Shown piece after piece: positions 17,518 through 27,861 of a stretch of DNA of 64,000 nucleotides. This DNA comes from Syntrophorhabdales bacterium (GTDB lineage: Bacteria > Desulfobacterota > Syntrophorhabdia > Syntrophorhabdales > WCHB1-27), in contig JBEKOT010000001.1 of assembly GCA_049521495.1 (NCBI GenBank), positions 1,242 through 65,241 on the forward strand, in the 5' to 3' direction. The position numbers were made by a program, and so were the translations under genes. The stretch's first letter is position 1, and every line of letters begins with the position of its first letter. The notes under the pieces were generated by a model. That model searched no databases, had not been told where the DNA came from, and was given only the letters and a program-made list of their open reading frames with translations.

Positions 17518-20500
17518 CTATTCCCTGTAATAGTCCTGAAGGGGTTTTACCCTCAAATCGCCTTTCTTCATAGTCTCGATGGCATTTACCACCGCCTGGG
17601 CGCCCGAGATCGTCGTGGTGTAAGGGATCTTGTACTGCACGGCCCCTGCCCTGATCAGCACCTCGTCGTTCTTCGGCTTCCTACCGCTCGGCGTGTTGAT
17701 GACGAGGTGGATCTCGCCGTTCTTGATCATGTCGACCACGTGCGGTCTTCCTTCGGATACCTTGTTTACGAGGGTCGTGTCGATCCCGCTGTTCGCGAGT
17801 ACTTTCCCCGTCCCTCTCGTCGCGTATATCCTGAAACCGAGGTCCGACAACTTCTTCGCGATGAAGACCACGTTCCTCTTGTCCTGGTTCTTGACGCTCA
17901 AAAAGACGTTGCCGTCGAAAGGCAGGTTCTGGCCGGCCCCAAGCTGTGACTTCCAGAAAGCGGCGCCGAAGTTGATGTCGATGCCCATCACCTCGCCCGT
18001 CGATTTCATCTCCGGCCCGAGGATTGTATCGACGCCGAAGAACCTGTTGAAAGGAAATACGGATTCCTTCACCGCGATGTGACCGACCTCCACCTCGCGC
18101 GTGATGCCGAGCTCCGAAAGCTTCAGTCCGGTCATGACCTTAGCGGCCGCCTTGGCCCATTGGACGCCCGTGGCCTTGCTTACGAAAGGGACGGTCCTCG
18201 AGGCTCTCGGGTTTACCTCGAGGACGTAGACCACATCGTTCTTGATGGCGTACTGGATATTCATGAGACCGACCACGTTCAGCTCTCTGGCGAGCTGATA
18301 GGTGTTCGCCTTTATCCGCTCTATGAGGCCGTCGTCCAACGAATAGGGAGGAAGGGCGCACGCGCTGTCCCCCGAATGGATGCCTGCCTCTTCGATATGC
18401 TCCATGATGCCCGCGACGACGCACCGGTCTCCGTCCGCCACCGCGTCCACGTCTATCTCGATGGCGTCCTCCAGGAATTTGTCTATGAGAATGGGGAGGT
18501 CAGGGGATGCCTCGTATGCCTTCTCGATGAAAGACTCCAGGTCGGCCTCCGCGTAAACGATCTCCATCGCCCGCCCTCCGAGCACGTAAGAAGGCCTGAC
18601 TACGACGGGATAGCCTATGGTATGCGCCACTTCCTTGGCCTCGGCAAAAGAGGTGGCGATGCCGTTCTCCGGTTGGGTCAGCTTCAGTTTCTTGAGGAGG
18701 GCCTTGAACTTCCCCCTGTCCTCTGCGATATCGATGCTCTCGGGGGTGGTTCCGATGATGTGGACACCCGCCTTCTTCAGAGGCACCGCAAGGTTAAGAG
18801 GCGTCTGGCCGCCGAACTGGACAATGACGCCGTCGGGCCTTTCCCTCCTCACGATGTCGAGGACGTTCTCAAGAGTCAGGGGCTCGAAATAGAGCTTGTC
18901 GGAGGTGTCGTAATCGGTGCTCACCGTTTCCGGGTTGCTGTTGACCATGATGGTCTCGTAGCCCAGCTCTTTCAGCGCAAGGGCCGCATGGACGCAGCAA
19001 TAGTCGAACTCTATGCCCTGACCGATCCTATTCGGCCCGCCGCCGAGTATCATGATCTTTTTCTTGCTCGACTCGCGCGACTCGTTCTCAGTCTCATAGG
19101 TGGAGTAATAATAAGGCGTGTAGGCCTCGAACTCGGCCGCGCAGGTATCGACCAGCTTGAAGACGCTCTCAATCCCATGCTCCAAGCGCCACTGCCGTAC
19201 CTCGGCCTCAGTTGTGCCCAAGATAGACCCTATCTGCCTGTCCGAATAACCGTACCGTTTTGCCCTGCTCATGAGCTCGGCGGAGATTCCGCTCTGCCCG
19301 GAAAAGAGAGGGAGATCGCTCCTATAAGCCTCAAGCTCGTCCTCGAATTCAACGATCTCCTCGATATTCTTGAGGAACCAGCGGTCTATTTTAGAAAGAT
19401 TGTAGATCTCGTCTATGTCGATGCCTGCTTTAAGGGCGTACCGTATAAAAAAGACCCTGTCCTTGTTGGGGACTATGAGCTTCTGCCTGATCAGCTCAAG
19501 GTCGTCCGGTCCTCTCGGGTGCCTGTCGTCCATGATCCCGTAAGTACCCGTCTCCAACGACCGGAAGCCTTTCTGCAAGGCCTCTTTGAAAGTTCTCCCT
19601 ATGGCCATTGCCTCGCCCACCGATTTCATCGAGACCGTGAGCGTCTCGTCGGCACCCCTGAACTTTTCAAAGGTGAACCTCGGTACTTTCACGACGCAGT
19701 AATCGATAGTCGGCTCGAAGGAAGCGGGGGTCTTCTTCGTAATATCGTTCGGTATCTCGTCGAGGGTATAGCCGACGGCAAGCTTCGCAGCTATCTTCGC
19801 GATGGGGAAGCCAGTCGCCTTGGACGCCAGAGCCGAGCTTCGGGACACTCTGGGGTTCATCTCTATGACAACCATCTTTCCGGTGTCGGGATGGACGGCG
19901 AACTGGATATTGGACCCCCCGGTCTCGACGCCTATCTCGCGGATGATGGCGATGGCGGCATCCCTCATGGCTTGGTATTCCTTGTCCGTCAGCGTCTGGG
20001 CCGGCGCAACGGTGATGGAGTCGCCCGTATGCACGCCCATGGCGTCGAAGTTCTCGATAGAGCAAACGATGACGACGTTGTCCTTCTTGTCCCTCATCAC
20101 CTCGAGCTCGTACTCCTTCCAACCGATGACGGACTCCTCTATGAGGATCTCGTTGATCATGCTGCTTTCGATGCCCCTCGCCGCGAGGGCCTCGAACTCC
20201 TCTACGTTGTATGCGACGGACGCACCGGTACCGCCCAGGGTGTAGCTCGGCCTTATGATGGCCGGAAAGCCTATCTCCCGGACGACCCTTCGCGCCTCGT
20301 CCACGCTGTGAGCGAAGCCGGACCTGGGTATTTCGAGGCCGATCCTCTCCATGGCCGCCTTGAATTCCTCTCTGTCCTCGGCTTTCTTTATGGCTGCGTA
20401 GTCTGCCCCTATCAGCTCGACCCGGTACTTCTCGAGGACGCCCCTCTCCGAGAGAATCGTCGCCAGGTTGAGCCCCGTCTGTCCGCCGAGCGTCGGCAGG

Positions 20501-20757
20501 AGCGCGTCCGGCCTCTCCGCCTTTATGATCGCCTCCAGCACCTCCGGTATGAGGGGCTCCACGAAGGTCCTGTCGGCCATGGCGGGATCGGTCATGATCG
20601 TGGCCGGGTTGCTGTTGATAAGGATGATCTTGTAGCCCTCCTCCCTGAGGGCCTTGCATGCCTGGCTTCCCGAGTAGTCGAACTCGCAAGCCTGGCCGAT
20701 CACGATCGGTCCGGACCCGATCAGGAAAATGCTGTTGATATCCTTCCGCTTAGGCAT
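17518..20757 (-). CDS. carB: Carbamoyl-phosphate synthase large subunit
   Basis: [30 protein letters not shown]. Second half [22 protein letters not shown]. Two ATP-grasp halves plus an MGS-like C-terminus. The start overlaps the carA stop by 8 nt. Confidence 0.97.
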   Translation of the reverse strand: MPKRKDINSIFLIGSGPIVIGQACEFDYSGSQACKALREEGYKIILINSNPATIMTDPAMADRTFVEPLIPEVLEAIIKAERPDALLPTLGGQTGLNLATILSERGVLEKYRVELIGADYAAIKKAEDREEFKAAMERIGLEIPRSGFAHSVDEARRVVREIGFPAIIRPSYTLGGTGASVAYNVEEFEALAARGIESSMINEILIEESVIGWKEYELEVMRDKKDNVVIVCSIENFDAMGVHTGDSITVAPAQTLTDKEYQAMRDAAIAIIREIGVETGGSNIQFAVHPDTGKMVVIEMNPRVSRSSALASKATGFPIAKIAAKLAVGYTLDEIPNDITKKTPASFEPTIDYCVVKVPRFTFEKFRGADETLTVSMKSVGEAMAIGRTFKEALQKGFRSLETGTYGIMDDRHPRGPDDLELIRQKLIVPNKDRVFFIRYALKAGIDIDEIYNLSKIDRWFLKNIEEIVEFEDELEAYRSDLPLFSGQSGISAELMSRAKRYGYSDRQIGSILGTTEAEVRQWRLEHGIESVFKLVDTCAAEFEAYTPYYYSTYETENESRESSKKKIMILGGGPNRIGQGIEFDYCCVHAALALKELGYETIMVNSNPETVSTDYDTSDKLYFEPLTLENVLDIVRRERPDGVIVQFGGQTPLNLAVPLKKAGVHIIGTTPESIDIAEDRGKFKALLKKLKLTQPENGIATSFAEAKEVAHTIGYPVVVRPSYVLGGRAMEIVYAEADLESFIEKAYEASPDLPILIDKFLEDAIEIDVDAVADGDRCVVAGIMEHIEEAGIHSGDSACALPPYSLDDGLIERIKANTYQLARELNVVGLMNIQYAIKNDVVYVLEVNPRASRTVPFVSKATGVQWAKAAAKVMTGLKLSELGITREVEVGHIAVKESVFPFNRFFGVDTILGPEMKSTGEVMGIDINFGAAFWKSQLGAGQNLPFDGNVFLSVKNQDKRNVVFIAKKLSDLGFRIYATRGTGKVLANSGIDTTLVNKVSEGRPHVVDMIKNGEIHLVINTPSGRKPKNDEVLIRAGAVQYKIPYTTTISGAQAVVNAIETMKKGDLRVKPLQDYYRE

Positions 20758-21847
20758 GGCGCTCCTTTTTGAATGCCTCCATGGACTGTCTGAACTTCCC
20801 GAAAAGGCCGTAAGAATCGTGGGGGCCCGGCGACGCCTCGGGGTGAAACTGGACCGAAAAAATCGGATAGATCTCGTGCTCCATGCCTTCAAGGGTGCCG
20901 TCGTTGAGGTTTATATGCGTTGCCTTCACCGGCTGTCGCCCCAACGATTTCATGTCAACGGCAAATCCGTGGTTCTCCGATGTGATATAGACCCTGCCCG
21001 TGGCCAGCTCTTTAACGGGCTGGTTGCCCCCCCGATGGCCGAATTTGAGCTTGTACGTGTCTCCTCCGTAGGCCAGGCCGAGCAGTTGCTGTCCGAAACA
21101 GATGCCGAAGATGGGCGCTTTTCCGAAGAGCTTGCGTATCTCGATGACGATATCCGGGACTCCCTTCGGGTCTCCCGGACCGTTCGAGAGGAGGATGCCG
21201 TCCGGCGAGAAGGAGAGTATCTCGGCAGCGGTCGTGCGTGCGGGCACTACGATCACCCGGCAACCGGCTTTCTTCAACATGCGGGGTATGTTCATCTTAA
21301 CGCCGAAATCCATTAAGACGACCGTCAGATCACCTTCCTCGCCGTCGAAGACATAGGGCGCACCGCACGTCACCTTTTTCACAAGGTCTATGCCGAGGAT
21401 TCCCACCGAAGCCCTGGCCTTATGGACCAGGCTCTCCGGGTCCAGGTCGCTCGTCGAGATCATCGCTTTCATTGCGCCCCTTACCCTGATGTGCTTCGTA
21501 AGGGCGCGTGTGTCAACCTCCTCGATTGCCATGATCCCGTGTCGCGAGAGATAGTCGAGGAGCCCCTCCTTCGCCCTGTGATTGCTCGTGATCTTGCTGA
21601 ACTCTCTGGCGACGAAGGCCTCGACCTTAGGCCCCTCGGATTCCACATCCTCATCGTTTACCCCGTAATTGCCTATCAAGGGGTAGGTCATCGTCACTAT
21701 CTGTCCACGATACGAGGGGTCGGTGAGTATTTCCTGGTAGCCGGTCATGCTCGTATTGAACACGATCTCGCCTTCCTGCTCTCCCGAAAGCCCTGCTGCC
21801 CGGCCCTCAAAGCAGGCCCCGTCCTCGAGCGCGATCAACGCCTTCAT
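20750..21847 (-). CDS. carA: Carbamoyl-phosphate synthase small (glutaminase) subunit
   Basis: [17 protein letters not shown]..., [12 protein letters not shown] (catalytic Cys) and [12 protein letters not shown] overlap with the upstream gene. Confidence 0.95.
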   Translation of the reverse strand: MKALIALEDGACFEGRAAGLSGEQEGEIVFNTSMTGYQEILTDPSYRGQIVTMTYPLIGNYGVNDEDVESEGPKVEAFVAREFSKITSNHRAKEGLLDYLSRHGIMAIEEVDTRALTKHIRVRGAMKAMISTSDLDPESLVHKARASVGILGIDLVKKVTCGAPYVFDGEEGDLTVVLMDFGVKMNIPRMLKKAGCRVIVVPARTTAAEILSFSPDGILLSNGPGDPKGVPDIVIEIRKLFGKAPIFGICFGQQLLGLAYGGDTYKLKFGHRGGNQPVKELATGRVYITSENHGFAVDMKSLGRQPVKATHINLNDGTLEGMEHEIYPIFSVQFHPEASPGPHDSYGLFGKFRQSMEAFKKERHA

Positions 21848-22518
21848 GCTTCTCCTCCACAGGCCCTCACGCAGAGACCGCATATGTGGTGGCCGAGATT
21901 CCTTTTATTCTTGAACTGCTGCAGCATTGCATAGCATCCCTTGTGGTCGAAGGCTTGAGGCTCGGGCCGTATGCATGACGCAGGACAGGCACCGATACAT
22001 GCAGCGCATTCGCCGCATCCGAAAGCGAGGGGACGGGCGGGCACGAGGTCCATGTCGACAAGCACCGTGTTGAGCCGCAGCCTGGCTCCGAACAGCGGAT
22101 GGACAAGCAGGTTGTTGCGGCCTATCCACCCGACGCCCGCCGCCTCCGCTATGTGCTTGTGCGATATATGACCCTTCTGATTCTTCCAGTCCACCATCTG
22201 GGAGGCAGCGAAGGGCAGCGCTCGGGCGCCCATTCTTTCGATCGCCTTAGCGAGCTCGTAGGCGATGATGTCGAGCCTGTAATTGACCTGCCGGTAGTGG
22301 TGCTGATAGAAGAGGGTCGGCCCGTCCGTAAGCGTCTCCAGAACTCCCCTGGGCAATAGGAGTCCGAAGGAGATCGCAAAAGGGTAGCTGCTGGCAACAT
22401 CATCCCCCAGGCAGAGGATTCCCCTGTCGTAAGAGGCGAGGGCTGCAACACCCGAGGCGTCTGCACCCAAGGCAGCTATAAGCGCCGTTAAGTCGGCCGT
22501 TTTTTCTTCCGCCGTCAC
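21844..22518 (-). CDS. 4Fe-4S dicluster protein, epoxyqueuosine reductase (QueG)-like short form
   Basis: [51 protein letters not shown] and [15 protein letters not shown] overlap with the mnmG stop. Confidence 0.6.
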   Translation of the reverse strand: MTAEEKTADLTALIAALGADASGVAALASYDRGILCLGDDVASSYPFAISFGLLLPRGVLETLTDGPTLFYQHHYRQVNYRLDIIAYELAKAIERMGARALPFAASQMVDWKNQKGHISHKHIAEAAGVGWIGRNNLLVHPLFGARLRLNTVLVDMDLVPARPLAFGCGECAACIGACPASCIRPEPQAFDHKGCYAMLQQFKNKRNLGHHICGLCVRACGGEA

Positions 22519-24377
22519 TGTGTCCCCATCTTTTTGAAATGGACGAGAAGGGCAGATACCGAGGCAGGAGTGACGCCCGGGATTCGCGCCGCCTGGCCGA
22601 GGGAAAGGGGGCGCACCCTGGAAAGCTTTTCGACCACTTCCCGCGACAGGCCCGAAACCTCGTCGTATGCGATGCCGGCCGGGATCAGCCTGTCAGCGAG
22701 CCTTCTCGCCCTCTCGACCATCTCCTTCTGTCTTTCCCTATAGCCCCTATATTTTATATTCAACTCGACCTGATAAGCAATCTCCCCGCCGAAGGCACGG
22801 ATGCGCTCCTCAAGGCCGGTAAGATCGCCCATGCTCACCTCCGGTCTTTTGAGCAGCTCCTCAAGGGTGGAAGGGTTCTTTATCCCCTCAAGGCCGAGGG
22901 CCTTGAGGCGCTCGTTCTCCCTTTTGGAAGGAAGAAGCCTGGTAGACGCGAGAAGGGCGCCGAGGGCCTCGATCTGCCCCTTCTTCTCCCTGACCCGCCT
23001 GATGCGCTCCTCCGATACGACCCCTATGCGACCCCCTTTTTCTGTGAGTCTGAGGTCCGCGTTGTCCTCCCTCAGGAAAAGACGGTATTCGGCCCGGGAC
23101 GTGAACATCCGGTAGGGCTCGTCTACGCCCCTCGTCACCAGGTCGTCGATCATGACGCCCATATACGCCTCTTCCCTTCCGAGGACGAAGGGCGCCTCAT
23201 TCCTCACCTTAAGCACCGCATTGATGCCCGCCGCAAGCCCCTGGGCCGCAGCCTCTTCGTAGCCCGTGGTCCCGTTTATCTGCCCCGCGCAAAAGAGGTT
23301 GGCCATACGCTTCGTCTCGAGGGTAGGGTAGAGCTGCGTGGGATAGACGAAATCGTACTCGATAGCGTAGCCGGGCCTTGTGATCTCCGCGTGCTCGAGC
23401 CCGGGAATGGTCCGGACCATCCCTGCCTGGACATCGAGGGGCAGGCTCGTGGATAGGCCGTTCGGATAATACTCGGCTGTGTCCCGACCTTCCGGCTCCA
23501 GAAAAACCTGATGGCGCACCCGTTCGGCGAACCTCACAACCTTGTCCTCTATGGAAGGACAATACCTAACGCCGGTACCCTTGATCCTGCCCGTGTAGAG
23601 GGGCGACCTGGGAAGGGCGGACCGTATGATATCGTGCGTCTTGCCGTTCGTATAGGTCACGTAGCAGGCTACAAGGTCGCGCTCGATAGACCCCGTAAGA
23701 AACGAAAAGGGGCGCACCGGCTGATCGCTCCACTGGGCGGGAAGTTGCGAGAAGTCTATCGTGTTGCCGTCGAGCCTGGGGCACGTGCCTGTCTTCAGCC
23801 TGCCCAGCTCTAAGCCGATCTCGGAAAGGCAGGCGGAGAGGCCCGAAGATGCAGCATCGCCCATTCTTCCGCCCGGCCCGCACTCATTGCCTATGTGGAT
23901 GAGGCCGTTCAAAAAGGTGCCCGTAGTAAGCACTACCGACCTCCCCTCGATGCGCTCACCCCATGCCGTCTCGACCCCTGTCACCCGCCCCTTGTCCCAA
24001 AGCAGCCGCTCTACAGCCGCCTGCCGGAGGCGCAGACCTGGCTGACGCTCGAGGGCCGATTTCATCGCCAGGCAATAGCGAGCCTTATCCGCCTGGACGC
24101 GCGTGGCCCGCACCGCGGGCCCTTTTTTCATGTTGAGGGTCCGGAACTGGATGCCCGTCTCGTCCGTCACGCGCGCGATGCGGCCGTCAAGGGCATCGAT
24201 CTCCTTCACGAGGTGGCCCTTCCCCAATCCCCCGACAGCCGGGTTGCAGGACATGTGGGCGACCCTGTCCAGGTTCATAGTCAGAAGAAGGGTCTTCGCG
24301 CCCATGCGGCTGGCGGCGAGGGCCGCTTCACAGCCCGCGTGGCCAGCGCCGACCACGATCACGTCATAGATGCCCAT
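22515..24377 (-). CDS. mnmG: tRNA uridine-5-carboxymethylaminomethyl synthesis enzyme MnmG (GidA)
   Basis: [23 protein letters not shown] (FAD), [22 protein letters not shown] and [16 protein letters not shown]. Confidence 0.95.
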   Translation of the reverse strand: MGIYDVIVVGAGHAGCEAALAASRMGAKTLLLTMNLDRVAHMSCNPAVGGLGKGHLVKEIDALDGRIARVTDETGIQFRTLNMKKGPAVRATRVQADKARYCLAMKSALERQPGLRLRQAAVERLLWDKGRVTGVETAWGERIEGRSVVLTTGTFLNGLIHIGNECGPGGRMGDAASSGLSACLSEIGLELGRLKTGTCPRLDGNTIDFSQLPAQWSDQPVRPFSFLTGSIERDLVACYVTYTNGKTHDIIRSALPRSPLYTGRIKGTGVRYCPSIEDKVVRFAERVRHQVFLEPEGRDTAEYYPNGLSTSLPLDVQAGMVRTIPGLEHAEITRPGYAIEYDFVYPTQLYPTLETKRMANLFCAGQINGTTGYEEAAAQGLAAGINAVLKVRNEAPFVLGREEAYMGVMIDDLVTRGVDEPYRMFTSRAEYRLFLREDNADLRLTEKGGRIGVVSEERIRRVREKKGQIEALGALLASTRLLPSKRENERLKALGLEGIKNPSTLEELLKRPEVSMGDLTGLEERIRAFGGEIAYQVELNIKYRGYRERQKEMVERARRLADRLIPAGIAYDEVSGLSREVVEKLSRVRPLSLGQAARIPGVTPASVSALLVHFKKMGTQ

Positions 24378-24753
24378 TCCCTTCGAGACCTCCGCGCAAG
24401 ATCGGCCGCTGAGGGGCGGCGGCTTTCCCTCAGAAGGGCGCCCCTTGCCCGCATAATTGGTAGACGAAAAGATTACAAGCGGAAAGATTCAAGCCCGTGC
24501 CGATCGCGGCTACCACATAATTGTACACGCTTTTAACGCCCGAATCCATAGCCCTTTCCCTTCTCCGCCCGTCAGCCGGAGGCAACGATAAGACCGTGAA
24601 AAGGGAATCTTCGTGGATCACGCCTTCAGGGCGGTGCCGGCCTTTTCCGTTGACGGGAAACAGAGTTCCTGAATGCATTCGCCTGCAAGCAGCGAAAAGG
24701 TGTTGAAAAATTACGAAAAATATATTAAACAATCTATTTTACGAGGAGAAGCA

Positions 24754-25239
24754 ATGAAGTATCCTATAACGCGCGAAGGCCACGAAAACCTGAAGAAGGA
24801 CCTCGAGTACCTGAGGAACACGAAACGGCCCAAGATACTGGTAGCCATAGAGGAGGCCAGGGCCCACGGGGACATATCCGAAAATGCCGAGTATGAGGCC
24901 GCCAAAGAAGAATACCAGTTCCTGCATAAAAAAATCGGCGAACTCGAAGAGACGCTCAAGCAGTGCGAGATAGCGGAAATAAAAAAGAGCCCGAACGGCA
25001 AGGTAGACTTCGGCGGACGGGTTTCACTGAAGAACCTTGATACCGATGAAGAGGTTGTCTATACTGTGGTAGGACCCTTCGAATCGGATATAGAAAAAGG
25101 ACGGATATCGATGAGTTCCCCCCTCGGCCGCGCGCTCATGGGAAAAGGGGTTGGGGACGAAGTGACCTTTTCAGCCCCTGGCGGCGAAAGGACCTATGAG
25201 ATCATAAAGATAGCCTGGCCCCCGGCCCCCGGCGCCTGA
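24754..25239 (+). CDS. greA: Transcription elongation factor GreA
   Basis: MKYPITREGHENLKKDLEYL...AHGDISENAEYEAAKEE. GAGGAG RBS. The ORF-track start at 24673 is run-on. Confidence 0.95.
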   Translation: MKYPITREGHENLKKDLEYLRNTKRPKILVAIEEARAHGDISENAEYEAAKEEYQFLHKKIGELEETLKQCEIAEIKKSPNGKVDFGGRVSLKNLDTDEEVVYTVVGPFESDIEKGRISMSSPLGRALMGKGVGDEVTFSAPGGERTYEIIKIAWPPAPGA

Positions 25240-25266
25240 TTCCTTAAACGCTCTCAAGACCGCCTC

Positions 25267-26784
25267 TCAGCGCTTCTTCCCGACTTCACCTTCCGCGTAA
25301 GATTTCTTGAGCTCCCGCTTCAGGATCTTCCCGGCCGGGCTCTTGGGCATTTCCTTGACCGCTATATACTCTTTGGGCACTTTGAAAGGCGAAAGGCGGG
25401 ACTTGAGAAAAGCCTTGACCTTGTCGGGCTCCAGGGTGCTCCCCGGCTTGGGCACGATAAAAGCGGCCAGCCTCTCGCCCCATTCCTTGTCGGGAAGGCC
25501 CACGACTGTGCACTCTTCTACGCCGGGCCAGCCATAGAGCGCCTCTTCTACCTCCCGGGGATAGACATTCTCGCCGCCTGTAATGACGAGGTCCTTGAGG
25601 CGGTCGACAATCGAGAGATAGCTCTCAGGGTCAAGGACGCCGATGTCGCCCGTGCGCAGCCAGCCTCCTTCCCAAAACACGGCCGCCGTTTCTTCGGGGT
25701 TGTTCAGGTACTCTTTCATCACGGCCGGCGACCTCACGCAGATCTCACCCTGCTCACCCTGCTCCACTATTCTGCCCTTAACGTCCCTTACCTGGACCTC
25801 CACGCCATGGCAGGCCTGACCGACCGTGCCCGCAACATGCCTGTCGGGATAGTAGTGGTTGAAGGTAATGGGCATACATTCCGTCATTCCGTATGATTCC
25901 GCAATTGTTATGCCTGTCCGCTCCTTCCATCGCTTGACGATCTCGAGTGCCATCGAAGCCCCGGCAGAGAAGCAGTAGCGCAGCGGCCCCAGCCTTTCCT
26001 TCAGGTCGGGAAGGCCGAGGAGCCGGATATATATGGTTGGAACGGAAAAGAACTTAGTTATGCGCCCTTTTTTGAGTATGTCGAGGATCTGATCCATGTC
26101 GAAGGCGGGCAAAAGCTCCAGGCAGCCGGAGCTGAAGATCGTGGAATTCATGATGTGCATCTGGCCGAAGACATGGTTGAAGGGAAGAAAGCACAAGGCC
26201 AGGTCGTTCTCGGTTGACCTTTCATAAACGGCAATGCTGTAGGCGGAAAAGAAGACGCCCTCGTGCTTGAGCATCACTCCCTTCGGCACCCCTGTCGTGC
26301 CACCTGTATAGAGTATGGCGGCCGCGTCCGTGCGCTCCCTGTCGACCGCCTTGAAGGTGCCCGTTCCCATGTCCATGAGACGGCTGAGGTCCATATCGCC
26401 GCCCCGGCAGATTACCTTCTCGATCCCGCTCGATGTCCGGATCTTCTCGATGTCCTGCAGTTTGCCCTCGGCTATGAAAATGAACCTGGGCCTTGCATGG
26501 CTCACCAGGTTCTTCAGCTCATCGCCGACAAGCAGGCCGGAGAGTGTTACGGCGATGCCGCCTGCTTTGAGCACCCCGAAGTAGAAAATGATCCAGTCGG
26601 CCGAATTTGGGGCGCAGAGGGCTACCAGATCGCCGGCCTTGAGACCGATTGTCATGAGGCCGGTTGCGACGCGATTTGCCCGCTCGTTGAGCTCGGCGTA
26701 GCTAAGCTCCCTGTCTCCCTCCCGGACAGCAGGCCGTCCGGGGAAAAAAAGCGCCGATTGTTCCAGGTTCGTTGCGATATTCAC
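25267..26784 (-). CDS. AMP-dependent acyl-CoA synthetase/ligase
   Basis: YTGGTTGVPKGV AMP-binding motif, GWLRTGDIG and PKSPAGKILKREL. GTG 26784 has AAGGAG 6 nt upstream. Confidence 0.85.
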   Translation of the reverse strand: MNIATNLEQSALFFPGRPAVREGDRELSYAELNERANRVATGLMTIGLKAGDLVALCAPNSADWIIFYFGVLKAGGIAVTLSGLLVGDELKNLVSHARPRFIFIAEGKLQDIEKIRTSSGIEKVICRGGDMDLSRLMDMGTGTFKAVDRERTDAAAILYTGGTTGVPKGVMLKHEGVFFSAYSIAVYERSTENDLALCFLPFNHVFGQMHIMNSTIFSSGCLELLPAFDMDQILDILKKGRITKFFSVPTIYIRLLGLPDLKERLGPLRYCFSAGASMALEIVKRWKERTGITIAESYGMTECMPITFNHYYPDRHVAGTVGQACHGVEVQVRDVKGRIVEQGEQGEICVRSPAVMKEYLNNPEETAAVFWEGGWLRTGDIGVLDPESYLSIVDRLKDLVITGGENVYPREVEEALYGWPGVEECTVVGLPDKEWGERLAAFIVPKPGSTLEPDKVKAFLKSRLSPFKVPKEYIAVKEMPKSPAGKILKRELKKSYAEGEVGKKR

Positions 26785-26803
26785 CAATTGCTCCTTAAAG
26801 CGG

Positions 26804-27157
26804 TTACGATCGTGGCTCCTCCAACCCGAAGTGCTTTTGGCAGATCTGCTGGAGGACCACTTCAACCTCCTGCCGGAAAGCTTCGTATCTCCTCATAAAA
26901 TCGCGAGCCTCCTCCGTGAGTCGCGAGCCTCCCCCGGAGACGCCCCCCACCCTCCGCTCAAGGAGGGCGAAGCCGAGGCGGCTCTCCATGGTGCGGAGCA
27001 TGAGCCACGCCTTCCTGTACGACATTTTCATATCGGCGGCGGCCCTGTGCAGCGACCCCGTCGCCTCGACCCTGTGTAACAGCATGTCAGGTCCCTCCCC
27101 AAAAGCCTTCCCTTCGCAGTCGAGCCATACCTTGTATGCAATCTTGAGCGGACCCAT
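26804..27157 (-). CDS. ModE N-terminal-domain-like winged-helix regulator (no TOBE domains)
   Basis: GSLHRAAADMKMSYRKAWLMLRTMESRLGFALLERRVGGVSGGGSRLTEEA parallels E. coli ModE residues ~30-90. Confidence 0.7.
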   Translation of the reverse strand: MGPLKIAYKVWLDCEGKAFGEGPDMLLHRVEATGSLHRAAADMKMSYRKAWLMLRTMESRLGFALLERRVGGVSGGGSRLTEEARDFMRRYEAFRQEVEVVLQQICQKHFGLEEPRS

Positions 27158-27259
27158 CGGTCAATTGTAACGATACTCGTGACGGCTGTCAAGCTACGGT
27201 TAGAGACTAGGCCGCGAACGTGAGCATTCTTCCCGTCCATTGCGTCCGGGGGCGACCCG

Positions 27260-27274
27260 TATTAGCTTCTAATA
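27260..27274. promoter_or_regulatory. Inverted repeat TATTAG-ctt-CTAATA between the divergent modE-like and mop genes (candidate operator)
   Basis: Perfect 6+3+6 palindrome read from the sequence. Function inferred only from its position. Confidence 0.3.
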
Positions 27275-27287
27275 GCAAGGCCTCCGC

Positions 27288-27315
27288 TTGAATTAACCGG
27301 GGCCCGGCGTAATAT
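27288..27315 (+). promoter_or_regulatory. Sigma70-like promoter TTGAAT-16 nt-TAATAT upstream of mop
   Basis: Hexamers read from the sequence. GAGG RBS follows at 27322. Confidence 0.4.
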
Positions 27316-27331
27316 TCTCACGAGGTGTTCC

Positions 27332-27541
27332 ATGAAAGTCAGCGCGAGAAACGCACTTCCCGGAACTGTAGCAAGCATCAGGAAAGGGGTTGTTAACTCA
27401 GAGGTAATCCTCACTTTGAAGGGAGGAATACCGGTTGTCGCCATCATAACGAACGCGGCGGTAGACAATCTCGGATTGAAAGAGGGGATGGCCGCGTATG
27501 CGATAATCAAGGCGAGCTCCGTGATGGTCGGGGTGGAATAG
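27332..27541 (+). CDS. mop: Molbindin (Mop), single TOBE-domain molybdate/tungstate-binding protein
   Basis: 69 aa. MKVSARNALPGTVASIRKGVVNSEVILTLKGG...AYAIIKASSVMVGV matches the TOBE/Mop pattern. Confidence 0.85.
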   Translation: MKVSARNALPGTVASIRKGVVNSEVILTLKGGIPVVAIITNAAVDNLGLKEGMAAYAIIKASSVMVGVE

Positions 27542-27655
27542 CGCTCCTCAGCCTTTGCCGTCAGAAGCGGGGAAAGCTTCAGTCTCGATTCAGAACCTCC
27601 TGGTTCCCGAAGGCCCGTCCTTACGGCGTCCCCCTGCCCCTTTGCCGGTTTTTCG

Positions 27656-27684
27656 TTGACAGGCTTCGAAAACTGCAATAAAAT
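27656..27684 (+). promoter_or_regulatory. Sigma70-like promoter TTGACA-17 nt-TAAAAT (hopanoid operon P1)
   Basis: Consensus -35, optimal spacer and near-consensus -10. About 175 nt upstream of hpnJ. Confidence 0.5.
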
Positions 27685-27774
27685 ATGCCAGTACGCTTCT
27701 TTGTTGCTCTATTCTTTCGTGAAGTTGAGCGGGCCAAATCCGTTGGCCTGCTTCGGTTTTCGGCCAATGCTGGG

Positions 27775-27803
27775 TTGACAAAATATTGCATGATGCTGAC
27801 AAT
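27775..27803 (+). promoter_or_regulatory. Second promoter-like element TTGACA-17 nt-GACAAT (hopanoid operon P2)
   Basis: Consensus -35 but weak -10. About 60 nt upstream of hpnJ. Confidence 0.3.
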
Positions 27804-27861
27804 ATTAGAATCCGGCTGGGACGTATCCCGAGAAGGAAGCATTTAGAGCCTGTTTACCGAC

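Noticed and set aside
18079-20772. 897-aa + strand ORF
   Set aside because: It is antisense to carB, whose identity is unambiguous. Its Arg/Leu/Gly/Asp-rich composition is typical of a shadow ORF.
24378-24753. 375-nt mnmG/greA divergent spacer as a possible small RNA (SRP-like ccggaggc segment; hairpin CTGAGGG-11 nt-CCCTCAG at 24409-24433) or the 100-aa ORF at 24430-24732
   Set aside because: There is no match to the conserved SRP domain IV (GGAA tetraloop context), and the ORF has implausible composition. The hairpin is probably just mnmG 5'-UTR structure.
27158-27331. Possible Moco riboswitch upstream of mop (the aaggcctccgc segment recalled the conserved GCCUCCG-like core)
   Set aside because: Only a short match is present and I could not reconstruct the multi-stem Moco architecture by eye. 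A covariance-model scan (Rfam Moco_RNA_motif) is needed, so it is not claimed.
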